A DNA stretch of 64,000 nucleotides from Nitrospirota bacterium (GTDB lineage Bacteria; Nitrospirota; UBA9217). Shown in pieces: positions 36,741-46,106 of this stretch. The stretch lies in assembly GCA_963741205.1 (NCBI GenBank), contig CAVUHW010000026.1:192001-256000 (forward strand), read 5' to 3'. The position numbers were made by a program, and so were the translations under genes. Below the pieces are notes generated by a model. It had not been told where the DNA came from. It did not search any database and saw only the letters and a list, made by a program, of their open reading frames with translations. Within the stretch, counting starts at the first letter, position 1. Every line of letters begins with the position of its first letter.

Positions 36741-37799
36741 TTAAATATCCAGCGGCAGCTTGCCCGTCGAACCCGCGCTGTGATTGCCTTTCCCGGCCTT
36801 GACGCCCGGGGCCCGTATTTCTTCGGTCTCTTCCGTTTCCCCGGCCGTCCCTTCATAGGACATCTGACGGTACAGATAGCGGTCGTGCATCTTGCTGAAC
36901 CCCGTCCACTCGCCCGCGGCCACGTTCTCCTTCTTCAGGGTCGCCTGGAAGTTGTTGATCTTTGCCGAGAGGTCATCGAGATAGTTGATGATGATGGCTT
37001 CTTGGATCTTGGGTCGCTTGGGCGAACCGAACTCGTACTCGCCGTGATGCGAAAGCATGATGTGCTTGAGCAGCATGGCGAGCTCCGCGGGGAACCGCGG
37101 AATGGCATTGACCTTCTCCGTGACCATTTCATATCCCAGCGAGATGTGCCCCAGCAAACGCCCCTCGGTCGTGTACCCGATGGACTTCTTGACCGTCAGC
37201 TCCCTGACCTTGCCGATATCATGGAGAAAGGCGCCGACCGTCAGCAGGTCGATGTCGGCCGAGGGAAAATGTTTTGCCAGATCCCGGGCGATGTTCATCA
37301 GTTCCAGCACGTGCTCAAGTAGGCCGCCGATATAATTGTGGTGGAGAGTCTTGGCGGCCGGCGCCTGCCTGAACGCGGCCATGAACGCCGTGTCGTTCAG
37401 GAAGCCGTTCATCAGCTGACGGAGATGCGCGTTTTGCACCGAGCCGGCAACGGCCCTGAGTTCCTTTACCATCTCGTCGATGTTCCGGGGGGACGATTCG
37501 AGGAAGTTGACCATGTCAACCCGTGAGTCGTCGACCTTTTCGAGTGTCTTCATCTTGATTTGCATCGAGCCCTGGTAGTTCGAAGCCATGCCCTTGATGC
37601 GCACGAAATCCTCTCGCTCGAACTTCCCGGCCACTTCATCGGCGTTGTCCCATAGCCTGCCGTCGATCTCGCCGGTCCTGTCCGCGAGCTTCAGCGACAG
37701 GTACGTCACGCCGTTCTTGGCCGTCGACACCTGCTTGGACGTGACGAGGTATATCTCCTCGACCCAGTCGCCTTCCTTCAGGGACGATATGGTCTGCAT
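36741..37799 (-). CDS. OB-fold plus HD-domain 3'-5' exoribonuclease (YhaM/Cbf1 family)
   Basis: L.LADRTG, PAAKTLHH..GGLLEH, LHDIGK, GHI and SHHG.EFGSP. Confidence 0.88.
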   Translation of the reverse strand: MQTISSLKEGDWVEEIYLVTSKQVSTAKNGVTYLSLKLADRTGEIDGRLWDNADEVAGKFEREDFVRIKGMASNYQGSMQIKMKTLEKVDDSRVDMVNFLESSPRNIDEMVKELRAVAGSVQNAHLRQLMNGFLNDTAFMAAFRQAPAAKTLHHNYIGGLLEHVLELMNIARDLAKHFPSADIDLLTVGAFLHDIGKVRELTVKKSIGYTTEGRLLGHISLGYEMVTEKVNAIPRFPAELAMLLKHIMLSHHGEYEFGSPKRPKIQEAIIINYLDDLSAKINNFQATLKKENVAAGEWTGFSKMHDRYLYRQMSYEGTAGETEETEEIRAPGVKAGKGNHSAGSTGKLPLDI

Positions 37800-37945
37800 C
37801 GTGCGCCTCCCTTTTTTGGTGCTGTGATAATAAACTATCGACCCTGCCTTGTCAAACGGAAAGCGGGCGGAGCGCCTGCGGTTTGACGGGAGACTCAAAC
37901 TATCAATGAAGGGAATTTCCAGCTGGGACAAGGGAAGGAGAGGGA

Positions 37946-38188
37946 TTACTTTTTTCGTACGTAGACGTGGTACTCGCCGTTTTCCCGGGTGAGGCCCAGA
38001 AATTCATTACCTGTCAGCTTGCACCATGCCGGCATGTCCTTTTCAATTCCGTCGTCATCAGACTGCACTTCAAGCACCTCGCCCGTCTTCATTTCCTTGA
38101 TCCTGTTCGAGGCCTTGAAGATCGGCAAGGGACATGCCATACCTACCGTGTCCAATACAGCGTCGGGTTTGATGTCTTTGATATCCAT
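37946..38188 (-). CDS. TusA-family sulfur carrier protein
   Basis: LDTVGMACPLP, DD and D.PAWC motifs. Confidence 0.9.
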   Translation of the reverse strand: MDIKDIKPDAVLDTVGMACPLPIFKASNRIKEMKTGEVLEVQSDDDGIEKDMPAWCKLTGNEFLGLTRENGEYHVYVRKK

Positions 38189-38296
38189 CGTGAAATCAAT
38201 TTCGGATTGCGCCCTGCACTCGCGCAAAGCACTCGTAAGCGCTGGGTGCAGGCGGAATGCGGATTGCGGAGTTTTAATCCGAAATCCGCAATCGAA

Positions 38297-38725
38297 TTAG
38301 CCCATCTCGTGCTCATGCCCCGATTCCGCGGGCATCTTCACGGGGGACGCAATCCCCTTCTTCTTGTAATAATCGTCGAGCGCGGACTTGAGCGCCTCTT
38401 CGGCCAGCACGGAACAGTGCATCTTAACTTTCGGCAGCCCGCCGAGCGCCTCCGCCACCGCCGCGTTCGATATGGAGAGCGCCTCATCGATGGTCTTGCC
38501 TTTTACCAGGTCGGTCACCATGCTGCTCGTGGCGATGGCTGCGCCGCACCCGAAGGTCTTGAACTTGGCATCGGTAATGACGTTGCCCTCGACTTTGATA
38601 TAGAGCCGCATGACATCTCCACAGACAGGATTTCCCACGGTGCCCACCCCGTCGGCGTTCTCGATTTCTCCCACGTTGTGCGGATGGGCGAAATGATCCA
38701 TCACCTTTGAACTGTACTGTTCCAT
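38297..38725 (-). CDS. nifU: Fe-S cluster scaffold (NifU N-terminal / IscU type)
   Basis: GNPVCGD, FGCGAAIA and KMHCS; AGGAGGAG RBS. Confidence 0.93.
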   Translation of the reverse strand: MEQYSSKVMDHFAHPHNVGEIENADGVGTVGNPVCGDVMRLYIKVEGNVITDAKFKTFGCGAAIATSSMVTDLVKGKTIDEALSISNAAVAEALGGLPKVKMHCSVLAEEALKSALDDYYKKKGIASPVKMPAESGHEHEMG

Positions 38726-38735
38726 AATCTCCTCC

Positions 38736-39920
38736 TCACCGGACTTTTTCCTTTTTGATCATATCCTCATAGAGAGGCGACATCTCCCTCAGCCGTTGAA
38801 CGATAGGGGGCAGCTTCTCTATCACGTAATCTATGTCTTCCGCCGTATTGCCCATGCCGAGCGACATGAGCAGCGTTCCATTCGCGACCGCGGCATCGGT
38901 CCCGATGCACGTGAGAACGTGAGACGATTTGAGCGAGCGCGACGTGCACGCCGAACCGCTTGATACCGAGACCCCCTCCATGTTCAGGAACAGCAGCATC
39001 GATTCCCCTTCAACGTACCACAGGGAGACGTTCAAGTTGTGCGGCAACCGCCTGGTCGGGTGGCCGTTGATGACCAGATGGTCGATCTTGTCCATGAGCC
39101 CCTTCTGCAGCCGGTCCCGCAGCGGAGCAACGTAGCTCATCCTCTGCAGGACGTCCGCCGCGGCAAGCTCCGCGGCCTTGCCCAGTCCCACGAGGGCCGG
39201 CACGTCCTCGGTGCCCGCCCGCCTGCCGTCCTCCTGGATGCCGCCTTCGATTTGCGGCTTGATCCGGACGCCTTTCCGCACGTAGAGCGCCGCGGCCCCC
39301 TTCGGGCCGTAGAACTGGTGGCCCGAAAGCGAGAGCGCGTCCACGCCGAGGGTCTGGACATTCACCGGGATCCAGCCGGTGGTCGCCACCGCATCGGTAT
39401 GAAAGAGCACGCCCCGCTCCTTCGCGATCTTCGAAATCTCTTCGATCGGTTCGATCGTGCCGATTTCGTTGTTCGCATGCATGATCGAGATGAGGACCGT
39501 CTCCTTGGTGATGGCCCGAGCGACATCCTCCGGGTTCACGAGCCCCTCTTTGTCCGTCGGGAGGTACGTGACCGAGAAACCCGCCTTCTCAAGCGTCTTT
39601 GCGGGATGGAGGATCGAGAAATGCTCGATCTGCGATACGATGATATGCCTGCCCTTCTGGCTGTTCGCCTGGACTAATCCCTTCAAGGCGAAGTTGTTGG
39701 ACTCGGCGCCGCTCGCGGTAAAATAGATTTCCTCGGGCTTTGCCCCGATGAGCGCGGCGGTCTTCGCCCTCGCCTCCTCAACAGCGTTCTTGGCCTCCCT
39801 GCCGATGTCGTGCAGGTTCGACGGATTGCCGAACTTGCTCGAAAAGTAGGGAAGCATCGCCTCCAGAACCTTTGGATGGACCGGCGTCGTCGCCGCATGA
39901 TCAAGATAGACTTTTCTCAC
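38736..39920 (-). CDS. nifS: cysteine desulfurase (NifS/IscS type)
   Basis: DHAATTP, ANNEIGT, HTDA and SSGSACT. The PLP-Lys position reads SGHQFYGPKG. Confidence 0.9.
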   Translation of the reverse strand: MRKVYLDHAATTPVHPKVLEAMLPYFSSKFGNPSNLHDIGREAKNAVEEARAKTAALIGAKPEEIYFTASGAESNNFALKGLVQANSQKGRHIIVSQIEHFSILHPAKTLEKAGFSVTYLPTDKEGLVNPEDVARAITKETVLISIMHANNEIGTIEPIEEISKIAKERGVLFHTDAVATTGWIPVNVQTLGVDALSLSGHQFYGPKGAAALYVRKGVRIKPQIEGGIQEDGRRAGTEDVPALVGLGKAAELAAADVLQRMSYVAPLRDRLQKGLMDKIDHLVINGHPTRRLPHNLNVSLWYVEGESMLLFLNMEGVSVSSGSACTSRSLKSSHVLTCIGTDAAVANGTLLMSLGMGNTAEDIDYVIEKLPPIVQRLREMSPLYEDMIKKEKVR

Positions 39921-39921
39921 G

Positions 39922-40401
39922 CTAACATACCCCCTTCCCTGTCATGGCGGCCTTCTTTCCGGGTTTCAGAAGGACGGGCGCCTTGTGTTCCATTTGCTGA
40001 CGCAAGAGATCGTCGAAGCTGATGCTGTCGAGGGCCTCTTCTATCTTCGCTCCCACCTGGGCCCACACCATCCGGGCAACGCAGGCATCCGTCTGTGAGC
40101 ACTCTTCGGACTCGCCTGGTTCGAGACAGTGCGACAGGGCGATAGGCCCCTCCAGGGTCCGAACGATGTCTCCGATGGTAAGTTCCGCCGGCTTGCGAGC
40201 GAGCAGGTATCCGCCCGCCGGCCCCCGCACGCTCTCGATCACGCCCGATTTACCCAGCTTGTGCAGGATCTGTTCGAGATACGAGAAAGAAATCCCCTGG
40301 CGGTCGGCGATCTCCTTGATGGTGATCGGCCCCTTGCCGTAATGCCGCGCGATCTCGAAGACCGCCCGGACGCCGTATTTTCCTTTCGTAGAAAGTTTCA
40401 T
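39922..40401 (-). CDS. Rrf2-family transcriptional regulator (IscR-like, three Cys)
   Basis: SYLEQI, SVRGPAGGYLL and C-x8-C-x5-C. Confidence 0.92.
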   Translation of the reverse strand: MKLSTKGKYGVRAVFEIARHYGKGPITIKEIADRQGISFSYLEQILHKLGKSGVIESVRGPAGGYLLARKPAELTIGDIVRTLEGPIALSHCLEPGESEECSQTDACVARMVWAQVGAKIEEALDSISFDDLLRQQMEHKAPVLLKPGKKAAMTGKGVC

Positions 40402-40483
40402 GTATGTTCCGCCCTCGCTCCGCTCAGGCGACAAAAACAAACAGGACCTTTTCCGTCCTGCAATTCGTTACCTTAACCATAAC

Positions 40484-40508
40484 AAACTTGACCAATTCTG
40501 TCAAGAAT
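40484..40508. promoter_or_regulatory. candidate Rrf2/IscR autoregulatory operator
   Basis: Palindrome CTTGAC-N7-GTCAAG in a 25-bp site resembling IscR type-1 sites, about 85 bp upstream of the Rrf2 gene. Confidence 0.7.
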
Positions 40509-40573
40509 AAATTTCCGGCTTGTCTTTGTCGTAACATTATACTAAGGTATACTTGAAGCTAGGGAGAAACGGC

Positions 40574-40846
40574 ATGCATACCGATGAATTCGAGATATCA
40601 CTCCACCGGGAATTGAAAGTCTGCGAGAGTGCGATCCAGCGGATTAAAAAAACCCTCAGTTTGATGGAGCAGAAACATCACAAGACCACGGAAGCCTTCA
40701 TCGAGGAGTACCGAAGCGGGAAGCCGGATGCCGACAAGGAACATGAAGACGATTACCGGGTATGGGAAAGCAGCTTTGAATCTCTCAGGAAATGGCAGGA
40801 CCTCGAACAGCAGTACCGGGAGCAGTTCCGGAAGATGAAGATCTGA
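40574..40846 (+). CDS. small helical hypothetical protein
   Basis: Intact 90-aa ORF with GGGAGA RBS. Confidence 0.65.
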   Translation: MHTDEFEISLHRELKVCESAIQRIKKTLSLMEQKHHKTTEAFIEEYRSGKPDADKEHEDDYRVWESSFESLRKWQDLEQQYREQFRKMKI

Positions 40847-41051
40847 CGCATTATTAACCACAGGCGGCTTCGCCGCACACGGTCAACCCAAATTCAATAT
40901 TTGGTTTTTATCCAACCTGCGTATATCCGCCTGCACCCAGAGGTTATAAGTGCTACGTCGCGAATGCAGTGTGTGTGTTCTGCGAAGCAGAACCCGTGGT
41001 TTCAATATCAGTCATTGCGGCCGAAGGCCGCGCTATGATATACTCTCCCGC

Positions 41052-41870
41052 ATGCAGCGAACGACCCCGCATACCCCCGTCTCCAGCAAAGACAACAGCA
41101 TCATAAAATATCTTCGTTCCCTCGCCGACCCGAAACACCGGAAAAAAGAGCAGGCCTTCCTGATCGAAGGCATCAAGATGGTGGAAGAGGCGCTCCGGGA
41201 GGATGCCGGGGTAACGATGGTCGTTGCATCGCCTGCCCTCGTCCAGCACCACGGCAAAGGCGTGCTCAAACTCGCGGAGAGCAGGGGTGTGGACATCCTT
41301 TGGATATCCGAACGCCTCATGGACGCGGTATCGGAAAGCAAAACACCGCAGCCCGTGATGGCTGTTGTCCGGATGAAACGGCATAGCGAAGAAGAGCTCC
41401 TGGGTCACAGCGCGAAGCTCATTATCGTTGCCCACCGGCTCCAGGACCCCGGCAATCTCGGCACGATCATCCGCACCGCGGAGGCGGTCGGCGCGTCAGG
41501 CGTCGCGCTCACGGAGAACACGGTCGACCCGTATAATGCCAAGGCCGTTCGCGCCTCCATGGGCAGCATCCTGCGCCTTCCCGTTACACCGGTCGGTGAC
41601 TTGACGTTGTTCCTGAAAACATGCAAAGCGAAAGGCTTTCAGACAGCGGCAACGGTGTTGACCGGGGAAAAGACGCACTTTGACGTTGACCTGACAAAAC
41701 CGACTGTCGTGATTTTAGGACAGGAGGGGGCAGGGCTTTCCGAGGACATCATGGCCGGCATTGATCTGCGCGTTCGCATCCCGATGGCGGAAACGATCGA
41801 TTCCCTGAATGTGGCGACGGCCGCGGCAGTGATCCTCTACGAGGCCTTGCGGCAGAGGCTCAAGAGGTGA
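41052..41870 (+). CDS. TrmH/SpoU family RNA methyltransferase
   Basis: QDPGNLGTIIRTA, RASMG, LGQEGAG and SLNVA. Confidence 0.93.
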   Translation: MQRTTPHTPVSSKDNSIIKYLRSLADPKHRKKEQAFLIEGIKMVEEALREDAGVTMVVASPALVQHHGKGVLKLAESRGVDILWISERLMDAVSESKTPQPVMAVVRMKRHSEEELLGHSAKLIIVAHRLQDPGNLGTIIRTAEAVGASGVALTENTVDPYNAKAVRASMGSILRLPVTPVGDLTLFLKTCKAKGFQTAATVLTGEKTHFDVDLTKPTVVILGQEGAGLSEDIMAGIDLRVRIPMAETIDSLNVATAAAVILYEALRQRLKR

Positions 41871-42170
41871 ACCATGCAGTCTTCTCACGTGACGATGTGC
41901 ATTGATTTCCATATTATACACATTAAGGTGATCTCATGAGCACAATCGTAATAAAGAGAAGGTCGTCAGGGCGGCAAAAAAAGGAGTCAGGCATATGAAG
42001 CCTGCTGCAGCTGAGATTCCGAAACTTGTTATCGTAAAACGATTTTTAACCCACCACATCTGGAAGAATAGAAATTCCTGAGAACCACATCCCGAAGTTT
42101 CGTGCCCAATAATGACGATTCCGGATAATTTTGAAAAAACACCATATTTCGGTGAAAAGATACGAGGCGG

Positions 42171-42200
42171 AAAAAAAGGAGCAGGCTGAAGCCTGCTCCC
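42171..42200 (-). terminator. rho-independent terminator of the RCC1-repeat gene
   Basis: GGAGCAGGC-TTCA-GCCTGCTCC followed by a T run on the minus strand. Confidence 0.8.
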
Positions 42201-42264
42201 GGTCAAACTTATCGGTAAAACGAATTTCAACATCTGAAGAATAGAAGTTCATTACCTTCCGGTT

Positions 42265-43940
42265 TCACGTCATATCATGCGGTACGAGCACTTTTGTCGT
42301 TCCCGTTGACTGGTTTCCCGCTTCATCAGTTGTGACGGCAGTAATGGTGTACAATCTGCCGTCCATATCCGTGCTTTCACGCCAGGCCTCGAGCGGAACC
42401 ACGCTTCCGAAACCACCCGTAACAGTCTTATTGTATTTTCCGTATTCGTCGGTTACCGTAATTATTGTTGAAGCGATTCCCGATCCGCCATCGGCAACCG
42501 AGCCTCCAATCAAAACGTTCACAATTTTATGATTAGGCGGCCAGAGGATCGCCGAGCTAACGGAAGAGAAGGGTTCGACGGAGATGTTTTATCGATATTG
42601 ACGATCATCTCATGAGTCGGCGTCTCCACGTTCCCTGCATTGTCGATTGCATAAAAGGTCACTGTATGGGTCCCATCGCTCACGATTGAAAGCGAGGCCC
42701 CACTTCCCTGCACGACGGTCTCTGTGCCGTCAACGGAGTAATGTATCTCCTTCACGCCCGCGCCGCCGTCATTGTCTGTTGCGGTCAATGTCATCTGCAC
42801 ATCAGACACATACCACCCGTTATTGCCCTGTGTCCCGGTCATCATGGATGTTGTAATTGGCGGAGTGACATCCAGAGTTGCCGCGCCTGCAGGATCGCAT
42901 ATAGGCATAATGTTCGTCCAGTCGGGTGGGAAGACAGCCGGCGACTGGCCATCGCCATTATTTCCGTCAGCCACGACGGTCCCATCGTCTTTAAGCCCAA
43001 CCGTATGATTCCAGCCTGCTGCAATGGCCTTTATATTCGTCCAGGCGGGTGGGAAGACAGTCGGCGGCGACTGGCCATTGTAATAAGACCCGACAGCCAC
43101 GACGGTCCCGTCCTCTTTAAGCCCGACCGTATGATACGGCCTGCAGCAATGGCCTTTATATTCGTCCATGAGGGAGACATCCGGCGACTGGCCTAGCCAT
43201 TATCTCCGACAGCCACGACGGTCCCGTCCTCTTTAAGCCCGACCGTATGATACGCGCCTGCAGCAATAGCCTTTATATTCGTCCATGTGGGAAGACATCC
43301 AGCTGGCCATAGCCATTATCTCCGACAGCCACGACGGTCCCATCCTCTTTAAGCCCGACCGTATGATACGCGCCTGCTGCAATGGCCTTTATATTCGTCC
43401 ATGAGGAGGAAGACATCCGGCGCTGGCCATGCGATTATCTCCGACAGCCACGACGGTCCCATCCTCTTTAAGCCCGACCGTATGATACGTGCCTGCTGCA
43501 ATGGCCTTTATATTCGTCCATGGGGGGAAGACATCCGGCTGGCCATAGCTATTATATCCGACAGCCACGACGGTCCCGTCCTCTTTAAGCCCGACCGTAT
43601 GATACGTGCCTGCTGCAATGGCCTTTATATTCGTCCATGTGGAGACATTCAGCTGGCCATAGCTATTATACCCGACAGCCACGACGGTCCCATCCTCTTT
43701 AAGCCCGACCGTATGATAGCGGCCTGCTGCAATGGTAGCTACATCAGAGCATTGAACGGCCTGGGACAGGGACAGGGAAAGGGAAACGGACTTAGAGAAC
43801 GTTGCTTGGGCAGCTGGCTGGAGTACAGGCGTCTCCCCAACACCACAAGCAAAAAGCAGGGATGCCACCGACATAACCAGAACTAACCGCATAGCATGCT
43901 TGATCATATGAAGCTTCCTCCTTGCCAACGAGAGTTTCAT
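42265..43940 (-). CDS. RCC1-repeat lipoprotein with Ig-like and LWPPNHK..VPHD C-terminal domains (frameshifted)
   Basis: Lipobox LFAC; seven repeats of IAAG.YHTVGLKEDGTVVAVG.N..GQ; Ig-like segment (GNNGWY..DG.HTV.FYAIDNAGNVE); AAGGAGG RBS. Confidence 0.8.
42912..43735. repeat. seven near-identical 114-126-bp coding tandem repeats
   Basis: Anchor ACGACGGTCCC at about 42973, 43099, 43215, 43331, 43450, 43567 and 43681. Confidence 0.92.
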
Positions 43941-44098
43941 GGCTTACCTCCTTTTACGGAAACAACAGGCAAAACCAGTAATGCAACAAACAGCTATTTT
44001 ATGGCCTCCTTTTAAAACGTAAATGGCTGCTTTCGTTTTTGCGACTTATTGTATAGAATATTGTAAGCATAAAGTATTAGTTAACTTGATGTATTGCA

Positions 44099-44114
44099 AG
44101 CAATACTAGTACCA
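44099..44114 (-). promoter_or_regulatory. candidate sigma54 promoter of the RCC1-repeat gene
   Basis: TGGTAC-N5-TTGCT on the minus strand; a TGTGTA-N6-TACACA palindrome about 70 bp further upstream could be the activator site. Confidence 0.55.
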
Positions 44115-44545
44115 TAGTACTTCTATTAATTTTTAGACAGTTATAAGTGCGATTCGGACATATATTAGGGAAGGAGATGCCTAACTGTGTAACGAACTAC
44201 ACAGAGTAAATTCTTGCCCCGAAACAAATTTTTTATGTTTTTAACATTTAAAATAGCCAATTTTTCAGGATTTTCCTGGGAAAGAGTACCGAGTTGGAGC
44301 GTTCCCTGAGGCGAAAGACCATGAACCATCTCCGTCTATTACCTTCCTTCTTAATGACTACGGGTTGTAAATTGCCGCCCTGAACCCCGTGGCGAACCAC
44401 TTCACCGGCCTTCTCTGCTGAAACCTTAGTATCCAAAGACACAATACTGAACGCCATTCCTGGTCCGATGGTTGACGCCTGCACTACCCGGTGCTATCGT
44501 TCAAATAGAAAAGCAGGGAATTGCATGTGCAGGAGGTAATAAGTC

Positions 44546-44944
44546 ATGAAAATGAATCCAGTAGTCCATTTTGAAATGCCGGCTGAAGACAGGAAGCGCA
44601 TGGCAGGTTTTTACTCGGGTGTGTTTGGGTGGAAAACCGAGCTGTTGGGTGAAGAAATGGGAAACTACGTCCTTGCCACCACGACCGAGACTGACGAAGA
44701 AGGCCGCCCTAAAACACCGGGGGCCATCAACGGCGGATTCTATCCGAAATCGGATGACATGCCGGCGCAATATCCTTCAGTGGTTATTGCTGTAGAAAAC
44801 ATTAAGGAGTATATGAAGAAGGTAGAAAAGGCGGGAGGCAAAGTGCTCGGCGAGCCTATGGATATCCCCGGAGTCGGATTGTACGTGTCGTTCATAGATA
44901 CGGAAGGCAACAGAGTAAGCATGCTGCAGCCGAAGCGGCCGTGA
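44546..44944 (+). CDS. VOC/glyoxalase family protein
   Basis: VVHFE, FYSGVFGW, GAINGG and FIDTEGNRV; AGGAGG RBS. Confidence 0.92.
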   Translation: MKMNPVVHFEMPAEDRKRMAGFYSGVFGWKTELLGEEMGNYVLATTTETDEEGRPKTPGAINGGFYPKSDDMPAQYPSVVIAVENIKEYMKKVEKAGGKVLGEPMDIPGVGLYVSFIDTEGNRVSMLQPKRP

Positions 44945-45020
44945 GAAGCAAACCGGGTGTATGTATAGCCAGGTCGGGCCAAGCGAAGCTGTGGAAAAAA
45001 GGAATATTCCCGATACGAGA

Positions 45021-45338
45021 CTACCGCATACGAACTTTTTTCTTGAAACCACGCATCATGGAGATGATCCGTTCCGTATCCGGGAGGTCGGAAGCGGAGC
45101 TAACGGGAGCGTTTATGCCCTCAAAAAACGTAGCGCTAACCAAATTGTAGTAATCGAGAATGTCCAGGCAGTCCTTGCCCACTGCGGAGCCGTAACGGAC
45201 GTGGCAGATGTTCCCGTTCTTGAAAAACATTCGGTAGAGGTCCTCGCTTGTTTCAAGGATCCGGACATAGAGGGCACCGGTCTTTTTTTCATCATAAAGC
45301 TCCTGCAGAATGTCCGCGAAATAAAGCTCCTTTTGCAT
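45021..45338 (-). CDS. hypothetical protein (DUF4388/PatA-N-like)
   Basis: KKTGAL..MFFKNGNI pattern; AGGAGG RBS. Confidence 0.55.
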   Translation of the reverse strand: MQKELYFADILQELYDEKKTGALYVRILETSEDLYRMFFKNGNICHVRYGSAVGKDCLDILDYYNLVSATFFEGINAPVSSASDLPDTERIISMMRGFKKKVRMR

Positions 45339-45442
45339 GTGTTCCTCCTGTAACGAGTTAGTGAGCATGCGGTACTTAAAGATTGAGTTGTTAACCTAAT
45401 TGCGCAGGGAAATAGCTGAGAGTTATTAAAATCGGTGTTCCT

Positions 45443-45925
45443 CTACCTCCCGAACTTCCTCCTTAATTTTTCGACGACCACCCTCGGGACAAGACTCGAT
45501 ACATCGCCGCCGTAGCTCGCGGCCTCCTTCACGATCGTCGAGGTGATGAACGAATACTCCTCATTCGGCATCAGGAACACTGTCTCAATCCTGCTGTCGA
45601 GCCTCCGGTTCATGAGGGCCATCTGCATCTCGTACTCGAAGTCGGATACCGCCCGGAGGCCGCGGATGATGCCCGACGCCTTTTTCTGCCGGACATAATC
45701 GACCAGGAGCCCGTCGAACCCTTCGATCCGCACCCGCCGGTAGCGGGCTATGACTTTCCTGAACATATCGATCCGCTCTTCCAGGGAAAAGAGCGGCTCC
45801 TTCTTCGGGTTCGCCGCAACAGCGACGATCAATTCATCGAAGATCCTGAGGCTCCGCTCGACGAGGTCTATATGACCTTTCGTGACGGGATCGAAGGTGC
45901 CGGGATAGACGCCGATGTGTTTCAT
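45443..45925 (-). CDS. coaD: phosphopantetheine adenylyltransferase
   Basis: YPGTFDPVT.GH and RGLRAVSDFEYE. Confidence 0.96.
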   Translation of the reverse strand: MKHIGVYPGTFDPVTKGHIDLVERSLRIFDELIVAVAANPKKEPLFSLEERIDMFRKVIARYRRVRIEGFDGLLVDYVRQKKASGIIRGLRAVSDFEYEMQMALMNRRLDSRIETVFLMPNEEYSFITSTIVKEAASYGGDVSSLVPRVVVEKLRRKFGR

Positions 45926-46106
45926 GATGTATACGCTCCTCTACGGTGAACTGCTCTGGGATCAAGCGATCCAAGTCTATCACAAGATACGCCTGCACTC
46001 AAGACTGTTTGCGAAGACGGAGTTCTTTACCGCTGCGGGCTCCTCATTCTCCTTGCTATGCACTCGTCTCATTCCGCGTTCCGCATTCGTCATTCCGCAA
46101 TTATTC

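Noticed and set aside
42912-43735. Tandem repeats as a CRISPR array
   Set aside because: The units are about 115 bp, encode RCC1 repeats and lack unique spacers; no cas genes are present.
42265-43940. Diversity-generating retroelement target
   Set aside because: No reverse transcriptase or template repeat is in the window, and the variation is not evidently adenine-specific.
44446-44484. Possible attC upstream of the VOC gene, and ORF 44248..44484
   Set aside because: Arm complementarity is weak and there is no matching site after the VOC gene; the ORF has no RBS or recognisable motif.
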